The position numbers were made by a program, and so were the translations under genes. Shown piece after piece: positions 1 through 13,459 of a DNA stretch of 64,000 bases (the stretch's first letter is position 1; each line of letters begins with the position of its first letter). A model generated the notes under the pieces. It searched no databases and was not told the DNA's origin. It saw only the letters and a list, made by a program, of their open reading frames with translations. Origin of the DNA: Bispira polyomma (Eukaryota); the NCBI GenBank assembly GCA_965649765.1, contig OZ287755.1:59024001-59088000 (forward strand). Direction: 5' to 3'.

Positions 1-504
1 TCCCCGTCTTGTTTCGGACAGACAATCTTTCTATTAATTAAAAGCCATAAAGTAGCTGGCGGAGGGATACGGGTAAAGTGTCAGATTTCTTGCCTAGATG
101 GCTGTATTAACAATAATAGCCGCCAGGGTGTGGGTGGGGGTGGGGGGTCCCCATATTTTGTAGCAGACGAATTTCAGCAGGGGTAAAAGAGAGATTGGTG
201 TGGCGGGGAGGGGGGATTAGGGGGGTGTCGCTGTTGCCGCCGCTAGATTTCCCTCTACAAATGCTTATCTTTAAAGCCAGAGGGATTTGTTTTGGTATGG
301 CTTCCTAACATAGCCTGGCTTTGGCGTGATACACTACTTCTTTGTATATTTTGTAAAGCCGTTTGAATACCTCCTAGCTGTCCAGTCAATCATTAAGATG
401 GAGGTACTTAAAATAACCCCATGTATATTTGTTACAGCGCATGTATATGATATAGGGTAATTTTACCAACTTCGCAACCAATAAATTATTAATATTATTA
501 TTAT

Positions 505-740
505 GCATTTTTAACGCGCTTTATTGATGCCAGGCATCTTCTAAAGCGCAACAGCAGAATCAGTGATCCAATCGTAAAGTCCATGGGCATAGCAAGGTCG
601 TAAGGGTAGGGGGGTTAACAGCTGGTTAATCAGCAAGCAACCAGACTGGGTGTTAACCCACCCCATAGCATCCGGCGGCAAGGGGCGCAACTCCCTTTCT
701 CGATTTACATGGCAAAGGGTGCCGTAGCCACATTGGACCA
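505..740 (-). mobile_element. Retroelement 3' end with a second L2-type tail
   Basis: The tail GCGCTTTAGAAGATGCCTGGCATCAATAAAGCGCGTTAAAAATGCA recurs at about 19260-19330(-), 19835-19900(-), 33365-33425(+) and, decayed, after the L2 remnant at 57625-57690. Confidence 0.65.
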
Positions 741-1091
741 CAAAAAAATAAGTTATATACAAATAAGTTACGAGTTATATAAATGTATAAATATACATAT
801 ATATAAGTTACTACCATGTATGTCATACTCTCGTTGGGCCCTATTTTACAGACAATACACTGCTTGGAATTCTTAGAATAAACGAAGTACTTCCCAAATA
901 TAGTTTTTTAAATATAACCTACCACGCCCAGACAATAAATTAAATATGTTGGACCAGAATAAAGGTAAAGGCTGTATTTACAAGAAATTAGTTTCTAACA
1001 TAACCCTTTACCTTGGCATTATTTGGAATAATGACCATATATGTGTCTTGAAATTATAAAATTTGTCTAAAAGTTGATTTCAACTGACAAA

Positions 1092-1400
1092 GGGAGTGCA
1101 GTGAGTGACTAAATGTGGGCCTCTAGCAGTTCGAGTATCAAACTTTGGATCTGAGTGATCTCCGAGCCTTCCTACTAGTCTGGAGATTATATCCTTGGAC
1201 AAGGTGGTTTACACAAAGTTGTCCCTCTCTACCCACGTGTATATTTGGGTACCTGACCGCTAATGGGCGTTAGTCTTTGTGTGCCGTATGTGACAGCATG
1301 GCTAGTATACTTCCTAAGTGGAGCTGAGATAGAACAATCAGTTGCCAAGTGACTGAACCTAGACTGGAATAATAATGTCAAAGCACATTAGATAACAGTG
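1092..1400 (+). mobile_element. tRNA/CORE-type SINE family B
   Basis: CORE-like TCCTTGGACAAGG...TACCCACGTGTATATTTGGGTACCTG. An inverted copy lies at 31745-32041. Confidence 0.8.
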
Positions 1401-2025
1401 ATGTTCAATGAATTACTATTAATTATTATAAATCTTCCTTAATATTTAATATAATATTGAATCAGTAAATTTAAGCTTGGGAAAGGCTATCCTCTTCAAA
1501 ACGAAGGATTCTCTAAGGGATTTAACATGTCACGGGTGCTTGTTATGCTGTTTGTTTATTGTCGACATTAAGAAAAATGTCACATATATTTGATGGGTTT
1601 TTTTTTTCAAGAAAACACATCGCCCCAAACAAAGAAAACAAACAAATAAAGAGAAACATGTACACTGGCTGTGCAAGTCTGACTCACCAGTATCATTTTG
1701 TTCCCAAATCATGTGTCTGAGGACAGTGTTCAACTGAACTGTGGATTTCTTTGACCTACTTAACGTGAGATCTAAATGAATTATTAAATATTGAGGCCAT
1801 AGTTTAGATACCTAAGCAAGGACATGGTTTTACCCTTTCAACCCAAGAGAAAACTATCGCAGATTCACAAATTGTAATGTTTCTCTGATGTAATTTACAT
1901 GTGTCTCATAAGCCTATTACAGTGTGTTAATATTTTTTTGCAAAATACTATTGTTACTAAAAATTGTATTTTAACATGTGACACATAAATCAAAGAAAGT
2001 CTATTCTAATCTATAGTGGACAAAA

Positions 2026-2287
2026 GGGGCCGCGGTGGCCTAGTGGTTAGCAAGCATTGCGCTTCACAATCACTGGCTTTCACTTCTGGGATCGGCTGGC
2101 GTGGGTTCAACTCCCGTCATAGCCTATGTGAGAAAGGTGGTAGTTCCTTACTGTGGGCCACTGGTTTCAGTGCAGAACCTCAATCAACTGTATGCAGTGA
2201 TTCCTCCAGCATTTCCAACTACCCGTCTCAATATTACCTAAACAGGTACTATAGTGGAAAGTAAATATCCCAATTCCAAAAAAAAAA
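2026..2287 (+). mobile_element. tRNA-derived SINE, family A (full length)
   Basis: A-box TGGCCTAGTGG at 2036-2046, B-box GGTTCAACTCC at 2104-2114 and an A-rich tail. Four other copies are in the window. Confidence 0.9.
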
Positions 2288-5146
2288 CCATAAATTCAAA
2301 AAAAATAAATTCTATACTTGACAAAGCCCTTGAGAAGGCTATCACTATTTAGTAATAGGATTAATTTCATTGCCACCTTTCTCCCCCCCTCCCCCCCCAT
2401 CGACAGGCCCCTGGTCACACCCCTATCCCCTCTCCCCAACATCCCTGCTGATGTGCATGTGTCCAAGTTACTAGTCCAACTGTGCAGCCAATCTAATGAG
2501 TAGATAATGTCAATAAATCACATGTCCATGATTGTGGACCCAGGGGCTGCAAATAGCCATTGGAGAGACATAGCACAGTAGTGGGCAGTGGTGGTGGTTG
2601 AGCAAGGAATTCTATCTCACTCTCTCAGCTACTTTGATAATCTTTTTAGTTGCTGTCTCTGCTAAGTTTATAATTTCCCTAACTGTTTATCCAGTTAAAC
2701 ACCTGGTAATGGTTTTTTTATGATTGTTTAATTATCTAGTAAATGTTATATTGTAGAAATATCGGCCCTCGTCCTTAAGTTAAAATTGCGAACAATGTAA
2801 GCGCTCTCTGACTTTAGTTTCATTACAAAGACCGGTAATGGTGTATTTTAAAGCTATTAAAAAGATATTTTCCAAAACATACTGTGATCTCTTTCCATTG
2901 GTATCCCTTCCTTTGAAATGTCGCTTGATGCCTTTCGCATTCGATGCACACTTCCGGTATCTATAATAACTCTTAAAAAATCTGAATTTTCTATAAAATA
3001 GCAAAAAAGTTTTCCAGCAGTAAAAACTTCCACTTAAGCAATATATTAACCTTTTGACCCTAAGGAAAAATTATCGTCAAATTTTGTTTGGTTTTACGTC
3101 ACTTTCAACAGCTCAGGTCATATTGCGATGGCCAGATTTATTGATGGAAAAAAACCAGTGCTGAAGGATACCAGTTAGGACTCCACCAAAGCAAAATGCC
3201 ACAACAAGCATATGATAATGTTTTATATGGTATTGTTTTATCAACCTGATAATATATGTGAACAAAAAATAAGTTGTTAATCATGATGGCATTTTGGAGT
3301 GGATATCTGGGTGACGTTCTTGTTTGGTGCTGATCGGACCATACTATATGCTGGAGACTGAAAATAACCGGTCTGCAGCAAGTACCTGACAAACTCCCCA
3401 ACACGAAGGAAAGAGCAGGATTCAAACAGCACATTATTGAGAAGTCAGTGATTATACAGCAGGTGTCTCTAATCACTAGGCCATTGCAGCCACTTCTGTC
3501 AAACAAATCCAGTTCTTAGCATTGTGAATCTGCAAGTTTATTGATGAAGTTGATGAATTTTTGTGAGGAATGCCATTGCTGTAAGATCATGGCCACTAAC
3601 TGGAAAAGGGCCACATCCTTACCAGTTATTACTTGTAAGTGATTAAAAATGCATTTTGGCCATGGCATTTCCACTAGTAGTGAACTAGTTGTGAACTCAA
3701 TATTTACCAGTCATATTTGGGTAGCCTATGAAGAATTATAAAGATAGGAAGTGCGCATAGAACACAGAAGCCGTCAGTGCACAATTCCTAGCCGTTATTT
3801 ATGTGGGAGAATAATGTACATATAAAGAATTCACAGTAAGAACAAAAATAGTGCACAGTAAGTTAGAAAATATCCTATTATTTGCTTTAAAATACACTAT
3901 TGTCACTCTTTATAATAGAAATAAAGTACTCAAGCTTGTACTTTATTGACGATTAAAGGACTGCTTTCCGGCATAATTGACATGGGCCTATTTCTACATT
4001 AGTGTTTGACTCTTACCTAGATGACTTTCCATTGTCACCCTCAGCCACCTGCTTGTCATAGTCATTAGAAACCCTTCAATCTTGAGATGACAAATACATG
4101 CAATTTTTGGGCAAAATTAGTTTAACAATTATGGGCTCCTTTTCAACCATCACTGTCATTACCTTAATTGCATCTTTGCATATTTTACCCTAAGATCACT
4201 ATTATTTGTCCTAAACTCACGATCCCAATTTGTACAATTCTTCACTATAGATAATCAACACTGTACTCAGTCCATGAAAACATTCTTTTTATCAGGCTAA
4301 GCCTGATATTGTTTTCTTTCTGGGAAGGGCACTGCCATTAAAACGGGCACCACCAGTTTAGAAATAATATCTAAGATCTATAAGATTTGCCAGAGTATAT
4401 AAAATGGTCATATCAATGTAAATGTATTTTACACTGTGTGCCTGCATCTTCTTTTAACGACAAAACTGACAAATAATATTCATGCTACTGTGTCGCATGG
4501 GACATTAGGCAGTAGGTAGCTTTGTTGACCATTTCTATAAAAGTAGAACTTTACAGATAAAGACAAAAAATAGTCACCAGTGATTGGCACTATTAGAAGC
4601 GAGTGTTCTTTGTACATGAGTGGTGGCAAATCCATGAAACCTAGGGAGTGTTACACAGGGTAAGGGTAAAAGGGTGAATATGTAAACAAGCAATGATACA
4701 CCAAAAACTATCACTGGGAACTGAAAGAAGTTTTTTTGAGGTGATACTTTACAGATGGCTGGAGTCACTAAAACACACCCAGCAGACAACATCCAGCATT
4801 CAATAACAGTCTCACATATAATTTTTAACGGGAATTCTGCTGTACGTCGTGGGCTGTTAGCTGATAACCTAAGGGTTGAAAGGGTTAACATCTTAAACAG
4901 GAAATAGTTAGTAGTTCTACATAGTTACCATAGTTCACTAGGTTTCCCGAGATGTTTTTTAAAACGTTTCATTCAAATCGATTTGTAGCAGAGTGTGTCT
5001 TCTGGTGACCTAATCTACTAACGAACTGATTGGCCTGCTGATTTCATTAGTAAGATCAAAATATCATTTTTCCATGGGAGTTAAAAGGTTTACAGGACTA
5101 AAATACTTTATGTCACCCTGTAAAGGCTTGTATTAGAATATATTTT

Positions 5147-5353
5147 GGGGTCCGCAGTGGCCTAGTGGTAAGAAGCTTTTCCTTCATAATCACCAGTGTG
5201 AGTTTGAATCTTTTGTGGGTTAAAAAGCATGTCAGGTACTTGCTGTAGACCGGCGTTTTACAGTGCTGCATCATTCAATCTAGCCATCGTGATATGATCT
5301 AAACTGTTTTGAAAGCGATGTGAAAACACAACTAAATTCAAATTTAAATTCAA
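5147..5353 (+). mobile_element. SINE family D
   Basis: TGGCCTAGTGG A-box, GAGTTTGAATC B-box and the same 3' end as 49323-49560. Confidence 0.85.
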
Positions 5354-5394
5354 ATATAACATATTAAGATTTAAATACTGTGCTTGTCTAACTT

Positions 5395-5822
5395 AGGTGT
5401 TCGCCCCTTGGTCGAGTTTACAACAAGTTGCAATTACCTCGGATGCAAGTAAGATCTGCAAAGGGTGGCAGAATTTAGCATCCATGCAGTACCACATGCA
5501 CTGTGCAAGCAGGTTGGGTCATTGCAAAAATTTAGTTTCAAACTACATTTCCGCAATGGTTTGAGTGGTTGAATAAGGCAGTTGAGTTGGCATTGCACAA
5601 CATTTGCTCTGCAAACAGCCAATTTGACCCTCTACAATATGCTAAATTTGTGAAATCATAAAGAGAAGTTGCAATGGTCGCATTAGCTGCATGGAGAATG
5701 AGTTTGAGTTGAAAATGCAAGTTGGACACACACAAATCTAGTGTGACCAGTTGTAATATGTAGGTCGCAAAGATCACCCCTAAACTCGACAATTTAGGTT
5801 GTGAAAGTAGGACGCAGCCATA
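5395..5822. mobile_element. Possible decayed DNA transposon
   Basis: Subterminal IR GTCGAGTTTA / TAAACTCGAC and right end GTAGGACGCAGCC-ATAA. The interior has repeated TTGCA motifs. Confidence 0.4.
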
Positions 5823-7892
5823 ATAACACAAGCGTGTTATAAGATATTAGTACATTAATCAAGTGCTTACCAAACTTTATATCTAATTTAATATAAGTAG
5901 GCTTTCTAATGTGTACTATATATTGCAAAGTAACAGTGAGGTTCCCCCCCCCCCCCCCCCGAAATAAGCCATTAGTAAATGGCTTGATTTCTTTAGGCAG
6001 CAAGTAATAGAAAGACAAAAACCAAGCAAGTGTGAACAAAGCCTGTTCCCTTTTTGTATGTAAGATGTTTCAGGGATAACCATCTCTATGTCTGCTCTTC
6101 TATCAGTCTCTGGAACAATAATACTGGATGTTGTGTACAAGCTAGTGTGACCAACTAACAAATTGCTTTTCTTGTAGCTAATGTATGCATAGTCTTGCCA
6201 AGGCTTCACATGTGTGTACTTCACTACTTCATGTCGGTAGTAATGCTAAAGCCCATTGCACACTGAAACCGGCGTGACGCAACACAGCAGCAAATATACC
6301 TTGCTTCCACACCAAAAGCGATAGTACACAGCATTGAATAGTAAATTTCCTATTTGTGACCATTGATCTTGATTTAGAGGTGTCAAGGGTTTATAAACAC
6401 AAGTGTTCTCATATGGAACTAAGGTATTTCACTTGCATCTTATTTGTCTTGTGGATTATAAGTACTAACACTCTCGCCGGATATAACTATCGTAAAAGCT
6501 AAATGACAAGTATTGGTCTTGTGGTCTGTTTCAGTGGGATAAGAATATCTAGAACTCCCCAAAAAATGAACAGGGAAAAATGTGCTTGGGTCAGCTCAAA
6601 TGCTGCTTAGAGACTCTCAAGAGTAACAGTTATCAGTCAATCTTGTCATACATATATATATATGGTGGTATAACATACCTGTTCAAAGTTTTCATGTCTT
6701 TTTAGGTATGTCTAAATGGTGAATTCATATATGATAGACCATCGATGGCTAAGGCATTATAATTCAATGAAATCCTTGTTAGTATGATGAATCATGATTC
6801 CAGTTTTCACTCTAACACTCTCGCCTTCAATCTCTGAAGTGATAGTTGGTTCGAATCTCAGCAATGACGATTCAGGTATCTCACATTGACTGAGTGATAC
6901 TTACTGATATTGTATGTCTGCAATTTATGTGCAGTGGTAATGCCTAGTTTATGGTCTGATGGTCATCTATGAATAACATTGCGTGTATAACGAGGACTCA
7001 GTGGTGTTGAAGTAACACTCTTACTGATGTAGCCTTGGGTTTAAATCTCTACCAAATCATATTTATCAGACAAATGGCAGTAGACTTGCTGAGGGTCATT
7101 GGTTTGCAGTTCCGAGCTCTAAATCAACTACCCCTTTTCTCCTTTCCCAACAATAATATATTGTACTTAAGTAGTGTATAGGTAATACTCTCGCCCCTCA
7201 TCTATGCAGTCATGGGTTTGATATAAAAAAAATTGGCAGCGAACAGTCTGTCATGTTTTAATAAGGGATTCCACAGTACTAACAATTTCCTTTTGGAAGG
7301 AACTAAAAAAATGAAATAATATTTCTAGGGTGTTGACTGCTTGCCGACATACACGGGTTCTAGGAGTAACAAAGGCCGTTGACTGCTTGCTGACAACATA
7401 GGGGGTATATACAGGGTTCAGTCAATGCAATCTGTATATTTTATACATATATTTATATTGTTGCTTTTAGGCCAGGGGACTCCTTCTCCTTGATCAATAT
7501 ACCAGAAGCTTATAGATCTTTTGGTTTCATAAATGAATCTTTTTTTCCCATTCATTAAAACCATGTACAATCTTTAATCATATGCCTATCAAAGTACAGT
7601 ATTTTTAGGAGAAAGTATTGTTAAATGGTTATGAGTAGATTCCCATGAGAAACCCCATATATTTAGACTTTACATGTCAACCAGTAAGACATATTGCATA
7701 AATTATACATGTCAACAAGCTGTCTTCAAATCGTCGAAATATTAACGGGTTAATGAGGCATCACAGAGATAAGCGCTCTAAAATTTAGATTAGATTAGAG
7801 ATGAGATTATTATCTGAACTTCTGATGAGGCTTATAAATTTGTTTTCCCCTATTGATAAAAATTTCATATTACTTTTAGCATTTATTTTGTC

Positions 7893-8052
7893 AGCCTTGG
7901 TAGCCAAGTGGTTACAAGCATTTGTGTTATAATGCCTGGTTTTCTACCAATGTCGGTTTGAATGTTGTTTGTTTCTTCATTTTTGGGGGGCAAGTTTGTC
8001 CAAGGTAATTACTGTAGGCTGGTGGTTTACATCGGCTTCAGCACTAGTTTAC
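7893..8052 (+). mobile_element. SINE family D 5' part, interrupted by the L2 (3' part at about 11204-11258)
   Basis: Collinear with 49323-49475. The remaining GATGACC...TGATGTAAAACCAAACTAAA resumes immediately after the LINE tail. Confidence 0.8.
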
Positions 8053-11000
8053 TCTGCCTAACTGTCTTGTTACATTTCTGGTCTCTTCATACACACAGTT
8101 ACTCTCGGTCTAAATTTTGCCCAATCAATTACCCACAAAAGGCTAGTTCATTCAAACTTATTACAATCCTACTGGCAGGTGATATCGCTAGCAACCCTGG
8201 CCCAATCTAGTTCGGATTTGGAAATGCCCGCTCATTGTGGAATAAAGGCCCTGTCATAGCTGATTTGATCGACTCATCCTCCATAGATATTGTCGGCATC
8301 ACAGAAACACACATTAGGAGTTCTGATACTCCATCATTCCTCTCTGAACTTACCCCAGCTGACTTTCAACTATTCCATACCCCTCGTGCAGGTAAAGAGG
8401 TGGGGGGTGGGATTTTTTATTAAGGAAAACTATGAATGTCGATTAGTTGCTACACCAAGTTTTACATCTTTCGAACTCATCCTTGTCTCTGCTCACTGGA
8501 AAAACTACTGTTTAAATTTTGTAACAGTTTATTGGCCTCCTGGCTCAAATCTAACTACATTTTTCGAAGAATTCATGTCTTTTGTTGGGTTTACTTGCTC
8601 GTTACCCTCTCCTACTGTATTCTGTGGGGATTTTAATATTCACATAGACACCGCATCTGGAAATAGTAATCGGTTTTCCACAGTTTTGGAATCTTGCAAT
8701 CTTACCCAACACATAAACTTCCCTACCCATATTCATGGGCATACACTAGACTGCTTGCTAACTCCGACTGATTTCAATAGTATCAGAAACATAAAAAACA
8801 TTGGTTGCATCAGTGATCATTTTTCAATATCCTGTGAAATTGATGCTCCCTCCCCACCATCTTTTGATGTCACACAAATCACTTTTCGGCAATTTCAAAA
8901 AATCAATATGTCTGACCTTAGACGAGAGTTGGCAGATATGGCCTTCGTCAAGTCTCCTGCTGATAATGCCACTGACCTATACACACAGTACTGCGCTGAC
9001 CTGCGGTCTCTTATAGAACCCCACGCGCCATGTAAATCAAAGACATTGAAGAAGCCGGCACCTGAGTGGATCACCAGTAATTATCGTGAAATGAAGATGC
9101 TGCGCAGACAAGCCGAACGAACATGGCGCCGAAACAAAACTACTACAAATAGATCTTGACTACGCCAATGGATCACGTGGTGCAACAACACTATAAATGA
9201 CTCAAAACGTGCCTACTATGCCAACATGATATCACAAAGCGAGGGTGACCCAAAGAAACTTTGGCAAAAACTAAATAGCACCCGCCACCGTAAAAAACAG
9301 ACTATACTACCCGAAAATTCCAATAGCAAATCACTGGCAAACATTTTTAGTACTTTTTTCACTGATAAAATTACCAGAATTTGTGACGGTTTTACATTAG
9401 CTGCCCCAAATGCTCCTTTACCAACAGCTCCACCAACCGTCTTCAACCGTTTCTCCACAGCAACTGTTGATGAAGTCAGGAAAATTATACTGGCATCACG
9501 CGTAAAATCTTGCTTGCTAGATCCGTGGCCCACATTCCTTGTCAAGGAATGTATTGACATTTAATTGCCCTCAATCACAAAACTTATCAACCTCTCATTG
9601 GTAAATGGCGTTTTTCCAGATGATTTTAAAAAGGCCATTGTCACTCCTTTAATAAAAAAACCTTCTCTTCCAAAGGCCGACTTGAAAAATTACCGTCCTG
9701 TCTCAGGCCTTTGCTATATCTCTAAGTTGGTAGAACAGGCGGTTGCCTTACAGATCAAACAACATGTTGACGTCAGCAATCTGTCCAATAAGTATCAGTC
9801 AGCGTACAAAAGTGGTCATTCTACTGAGACTGCACTTCTCTGCATCAAAAATGATGTTCATACATCTTTATCCAAATGTCTGCCTACTGCCTTAGTACTG
9901 CTGGATCTGTCAGCAGCCTTTGATACTATTGATCACAAAGTTCTTCTTGGGTGCCTATCGTCTTGGTTTGGTATCAGCGGTATGGCGCTAAAGTGGTTTA
10001 CGGCATATTTGTCTGATAGATTCCAATCAGTCAAAATTGGCAGTATCTTATCCGACCCAACATGGTTAAAATTTGGTGTTCCCCAAGGTTCCGTCCTGGG
10101 CCTCATTTTGTTTTCCATGTACACCACTCCACTCAGCAAGATTATTGCAGCATACAAAAACATAAACTTTCACTTCTATGCTGATGATACCCAACTGTAC
10201 ATCCACCTTACACCTGACTCTGCCCAGGCAGCTTTCACTTCCTTACAGAACTGCCTTGTTGATGTACAACACTGGATGGCAGCAAATAAACTCAAGCTGA
10301 ACCCTGTGAAGACTGAGTTCATTTTGTTTGGCTCCAAGTCGCAACGGAAAAAAATTGTCCAGCTGTTGTCCAATTGACATTCTTGGCAGCAGGTTTTTTC
10401 CAGCTGACAAAGTACGAAACCTGGGTGTAGTGTTCGACTCTGAATTCTCCTTCTCTAACCATGTCGCATCGGTGTGTAGATCATGTTTTGTTGGCCTCCC
10501 TGATTTCAGGCGGATTCGACGCTATCTTTCCAAATCCACTGCAATCACTGTTACCAATGCTTTGGTCAGCAGCAGGCTTGATTACTGCAACTCTCTGTTC
10601 CGTTCCTTATCTCGTAGTGATCTCAGATGCCTTCAGAATATCCAACACTCATTGGCACGTATTGTGACCAAAACTTCTAAATTTTTCCACATTACTCCTG
10701 TACTTAAGTCACTGCACTGGCTCCCAATAAAATATCGTGTTGCTTTCAAAACAGCAACAATAATATATAAATTTCTAAATTCTGGATTACCCACTTATTT
10801 TAGCCCCCATCTATCCAAATATACATGCTCAGTCAGGACAAGGTGCAGTAACCCTGATAAATTATACCTTAACATTCCCACTTTCGACCCTCGCATCCAC
10901 AAATCCAAAGTTCAGTTCAATCACTGCCTAGCTCATGATGGCCCCCTCATTTGGAACAGCCTACCTGATCATGTTCGCCTGGCTCAAACTTTCGCCTCTT

Positions 11001-11205
11001 TCAGGAGTAAGCTGAAGGCCTATCTTTTTGAACAGGCTTTTCCACCTTAGCCGTCGCAACCATTTACGGTAGTCTCCCTGGTTACGACTTCCATCCGCCC
11101 ACTATTTTTGATTTTCGATTAACGTTTTGGGTTTGTTGCGCCTTAGAATTTGCTGTACAAAGATTAAGCGCTATAAAAGTACGTCTAGATTAGATTAGAT
11201 TAGAT
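8053..11205 (+). mobile_element. L2-clade (CR1 group) non-LTR retrotransposon, ORF2 + 3' UTR, inactivated; 5' boundary approximate
   Basis: APE motifs (NARS, GITETH, GDFNIH, GHTLD, SDH), RT motifs (NYRPVS, LLDLSAAFDTIDH, GVPQGSVLG, YADDTQLY) and an L2-type C-terminus (SRLDYCNS, LHWLP, KLKAYLF). Ends in a 3' stem-loop and a (TAGAT)4 tail at 11186-11205. Confidence 0.95.
8060..11050 (+). pseudogene. Disrupted LINE ORF2 (2A-like leader, APE endonuclease, reverse transcriptase)
   Basis: ORF-track pieces 7962-8210, 8235-8423, 8290-9159, 9226-9564, 9565-10377 and 10328-11050 join into one ORF2. There are in-frame stops at 8208, 9157 and 9562 and frameshifts in homopolymer runs near 8410 and 10350. 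Confidence 0.92.
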
Positions 11206-11899
11206 GACCAAAGCAAAGGCAATTGATGTAAAACCAAACTAAAATCTAAAAAAAAAAAACAATCAATAGGATTTATTCAAAAACAGAGTTTTATCCAGGC
11301 TAGAGTAGATTTCCATCTAAGATAAAACAATGTGATCATCAGTGCAAGCAAACAGTGTATCATGCCTCACTCCTCCCACAGCCGGCCTTGTGTCTGGCTT
11401 TACAATCCCACTAATCTTGCTAGGCGCAATTTTAAATTAATATTGTAGTTCTCAAGTGGCATCCAGGTATATTTTACGTTTTGCCCAGTACTTTTTGTAA
11501 ATGTTTCCCTATCTCACCAGGAATACCAGTAAACTGATTTACTTGAAAATTTGGCGAAGGGATGTGTCCATTTCTTAAAATCCCTTTCGGTTGTTTTCCT
11601 GAGGTTCCATTTGTTTGCTCATCACTTGGATCACCCCAAAATGACTGAACTACTTTATAATCTTGCGGAGGGATCGCGCGTGGGTCACGGAAGAATCCAT
11701 ACAAGTTTGGAGTTTATCTGAGTCCTTGATTTTTTGGAGTCCATTTTGATTCCTTGTTGAAGGTGTGCATTTCACTGTGTACCTTACTAAAGTTATCAGG
11801 AATTTGTTATTGCATTGTATTGTTTTTTTCATGTTTAACATGCCTTATTCATGCGAGGTAACATAATAAATCAACCAATGAAAAAGACCAGAAATAGTT

Positions 11900-12790
11900 C
11901 CAGGTCAAGTCGTAAGGAATGATGTGTGTGTGTGTGTACAGGGAGAGAATCAAGGCAGGGTAGAAGAGACAGGTGTTAATTTTTTCTAAACTCAAAAAGT
12001 TGTCTTTAGTGATCTAAGCTCAACTGGAAGGCTATTCCATAGCATAGGGGCAGCGATTGAGAAAGATCTAGATCCAGCCCATTTGCAAGATATAACGGCG
12101 GTTGAGATACAACAGCTTTAAAGGTGATGATGAAGATTTTGAACAAATTTCTGTAAATGAATGGGAAGTCAATGTATTTTTAGGTATGGACAGATATCAG
12201 TGTGAATGCCCAGACAAAAAATTACCCTGCATAGATGGTTTTGAACGGATTGTAACTATTTAATTTGATTTTCCCCCCAAATAACAGTGAATGGCAGTAG
12301 ACAATTTGAGTGTCATCAGCACATGTAGTCTTTAACATTGTAAATATTAATGACTGAGCAGAGGGGATGTGCATAAGAGGTACAAATTAGAGGCCTGAGG
12401 ACCGACTCTGTGCTACTCTGAATAGTAGTTTAAAAAAGGAGAAGTGAGCGTTCCATTAGATTTTTGTGGTTCAGAGAGCCTGATAGCATCTAATCCAATA
12501 AAGAACAAACAGTAAACTATGTCAATGGTATCAAATGCTGCTGAAAGATCTAAAAGGTTAAGGACTATAGTTCCGTTATGATTCAAGGCAAGATTTATGT
12601 CTTTACTGGTGGAAAGGAGGACTCTTTCCGCTGAGTGAAATTTCCTGTACTCAGATTGGTATGGTTTTGCAATACCATGTGTGTTGAGCTGGTCAGATCA
12701 TTTTGTGACAAATTTTACAATCAGTTTAGAGACAAAGCCTAGATTGGAGACTGGTCGGTAATTTTTTCAGCTCATCTTTCTTAAGCACTG
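11900..12790 (-). mobile_element. Old degenerate L2 RT/C-terminal remnant
   Basis: Minus-strand translation gives KNYRPVSNL, LLDLSAAFD, a decayed ADD motif and SFSIAAPMLWNSLP, with many indels. Confidence 0.85.
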
Positions 12791-13459
12791 ATTTCTTTAC
12801 GGTCAATGGGAAAACATAAAAATAGAGATTTAATAATGTGTATAACATCTTTGCGTATAATCTGTGTAATACATATTGAATAAGAACCACTCAAATATAT
12901 ATTCGTTTTTAAATGAAAAAATTTTGACAAATTAAGAAAAAAAATAATAGTTGAAAAATTTGAGATCTCAAGCCCAATCAAGGCTAACTAACCTAGTCAG
13001 CTTGAACCCAAGGACATTTTATTCACCCTGAGCTTAGGGAATTTGATAGATAGCCTGTCAAAATGGAAGAAAAGAAACCATTCCAATTTAGTGTGTGTGT
13101 CCAAGATCTAACTATAACTCCCCCCTTTACAAAGGAGCACCAAGGGATGGGTTATCTAAATGTTTTTATTGTCTTTTCATCCATCTCAAGGCAAGAGCTG
13201 CCTCACTGTTCTAGAGAGCAGCTAGGCAGTAAAAAGTTACTGGAACAACAACAAGTGAGTGTAGATTGTGCAGATACAAACTGTAAAGTTGCTGAGAAAA
13301 TTATCAACTATATTCATCAATGAAGAACAAACAATATATTTTTAATATGTTATCAACACATACTGACTGACTGACCACATTGAGTTGGAAATACTTTATT
13401 AATATGCCTATTTATTTATTTATTTTGAGTTAATATGGCTTTCAACAAGAGTTTTAAGC

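Noticed and set aside
2026-2120. tRNA gene
   Set aside because: A/B boxes are present but there is no cloverleaf, and the sequence continues into a multi-copy SINE body with an A tail.
9216-10373. Antisense ORFs within the LINE
   Set aside because: They are shadow frames of RT coding sequence.
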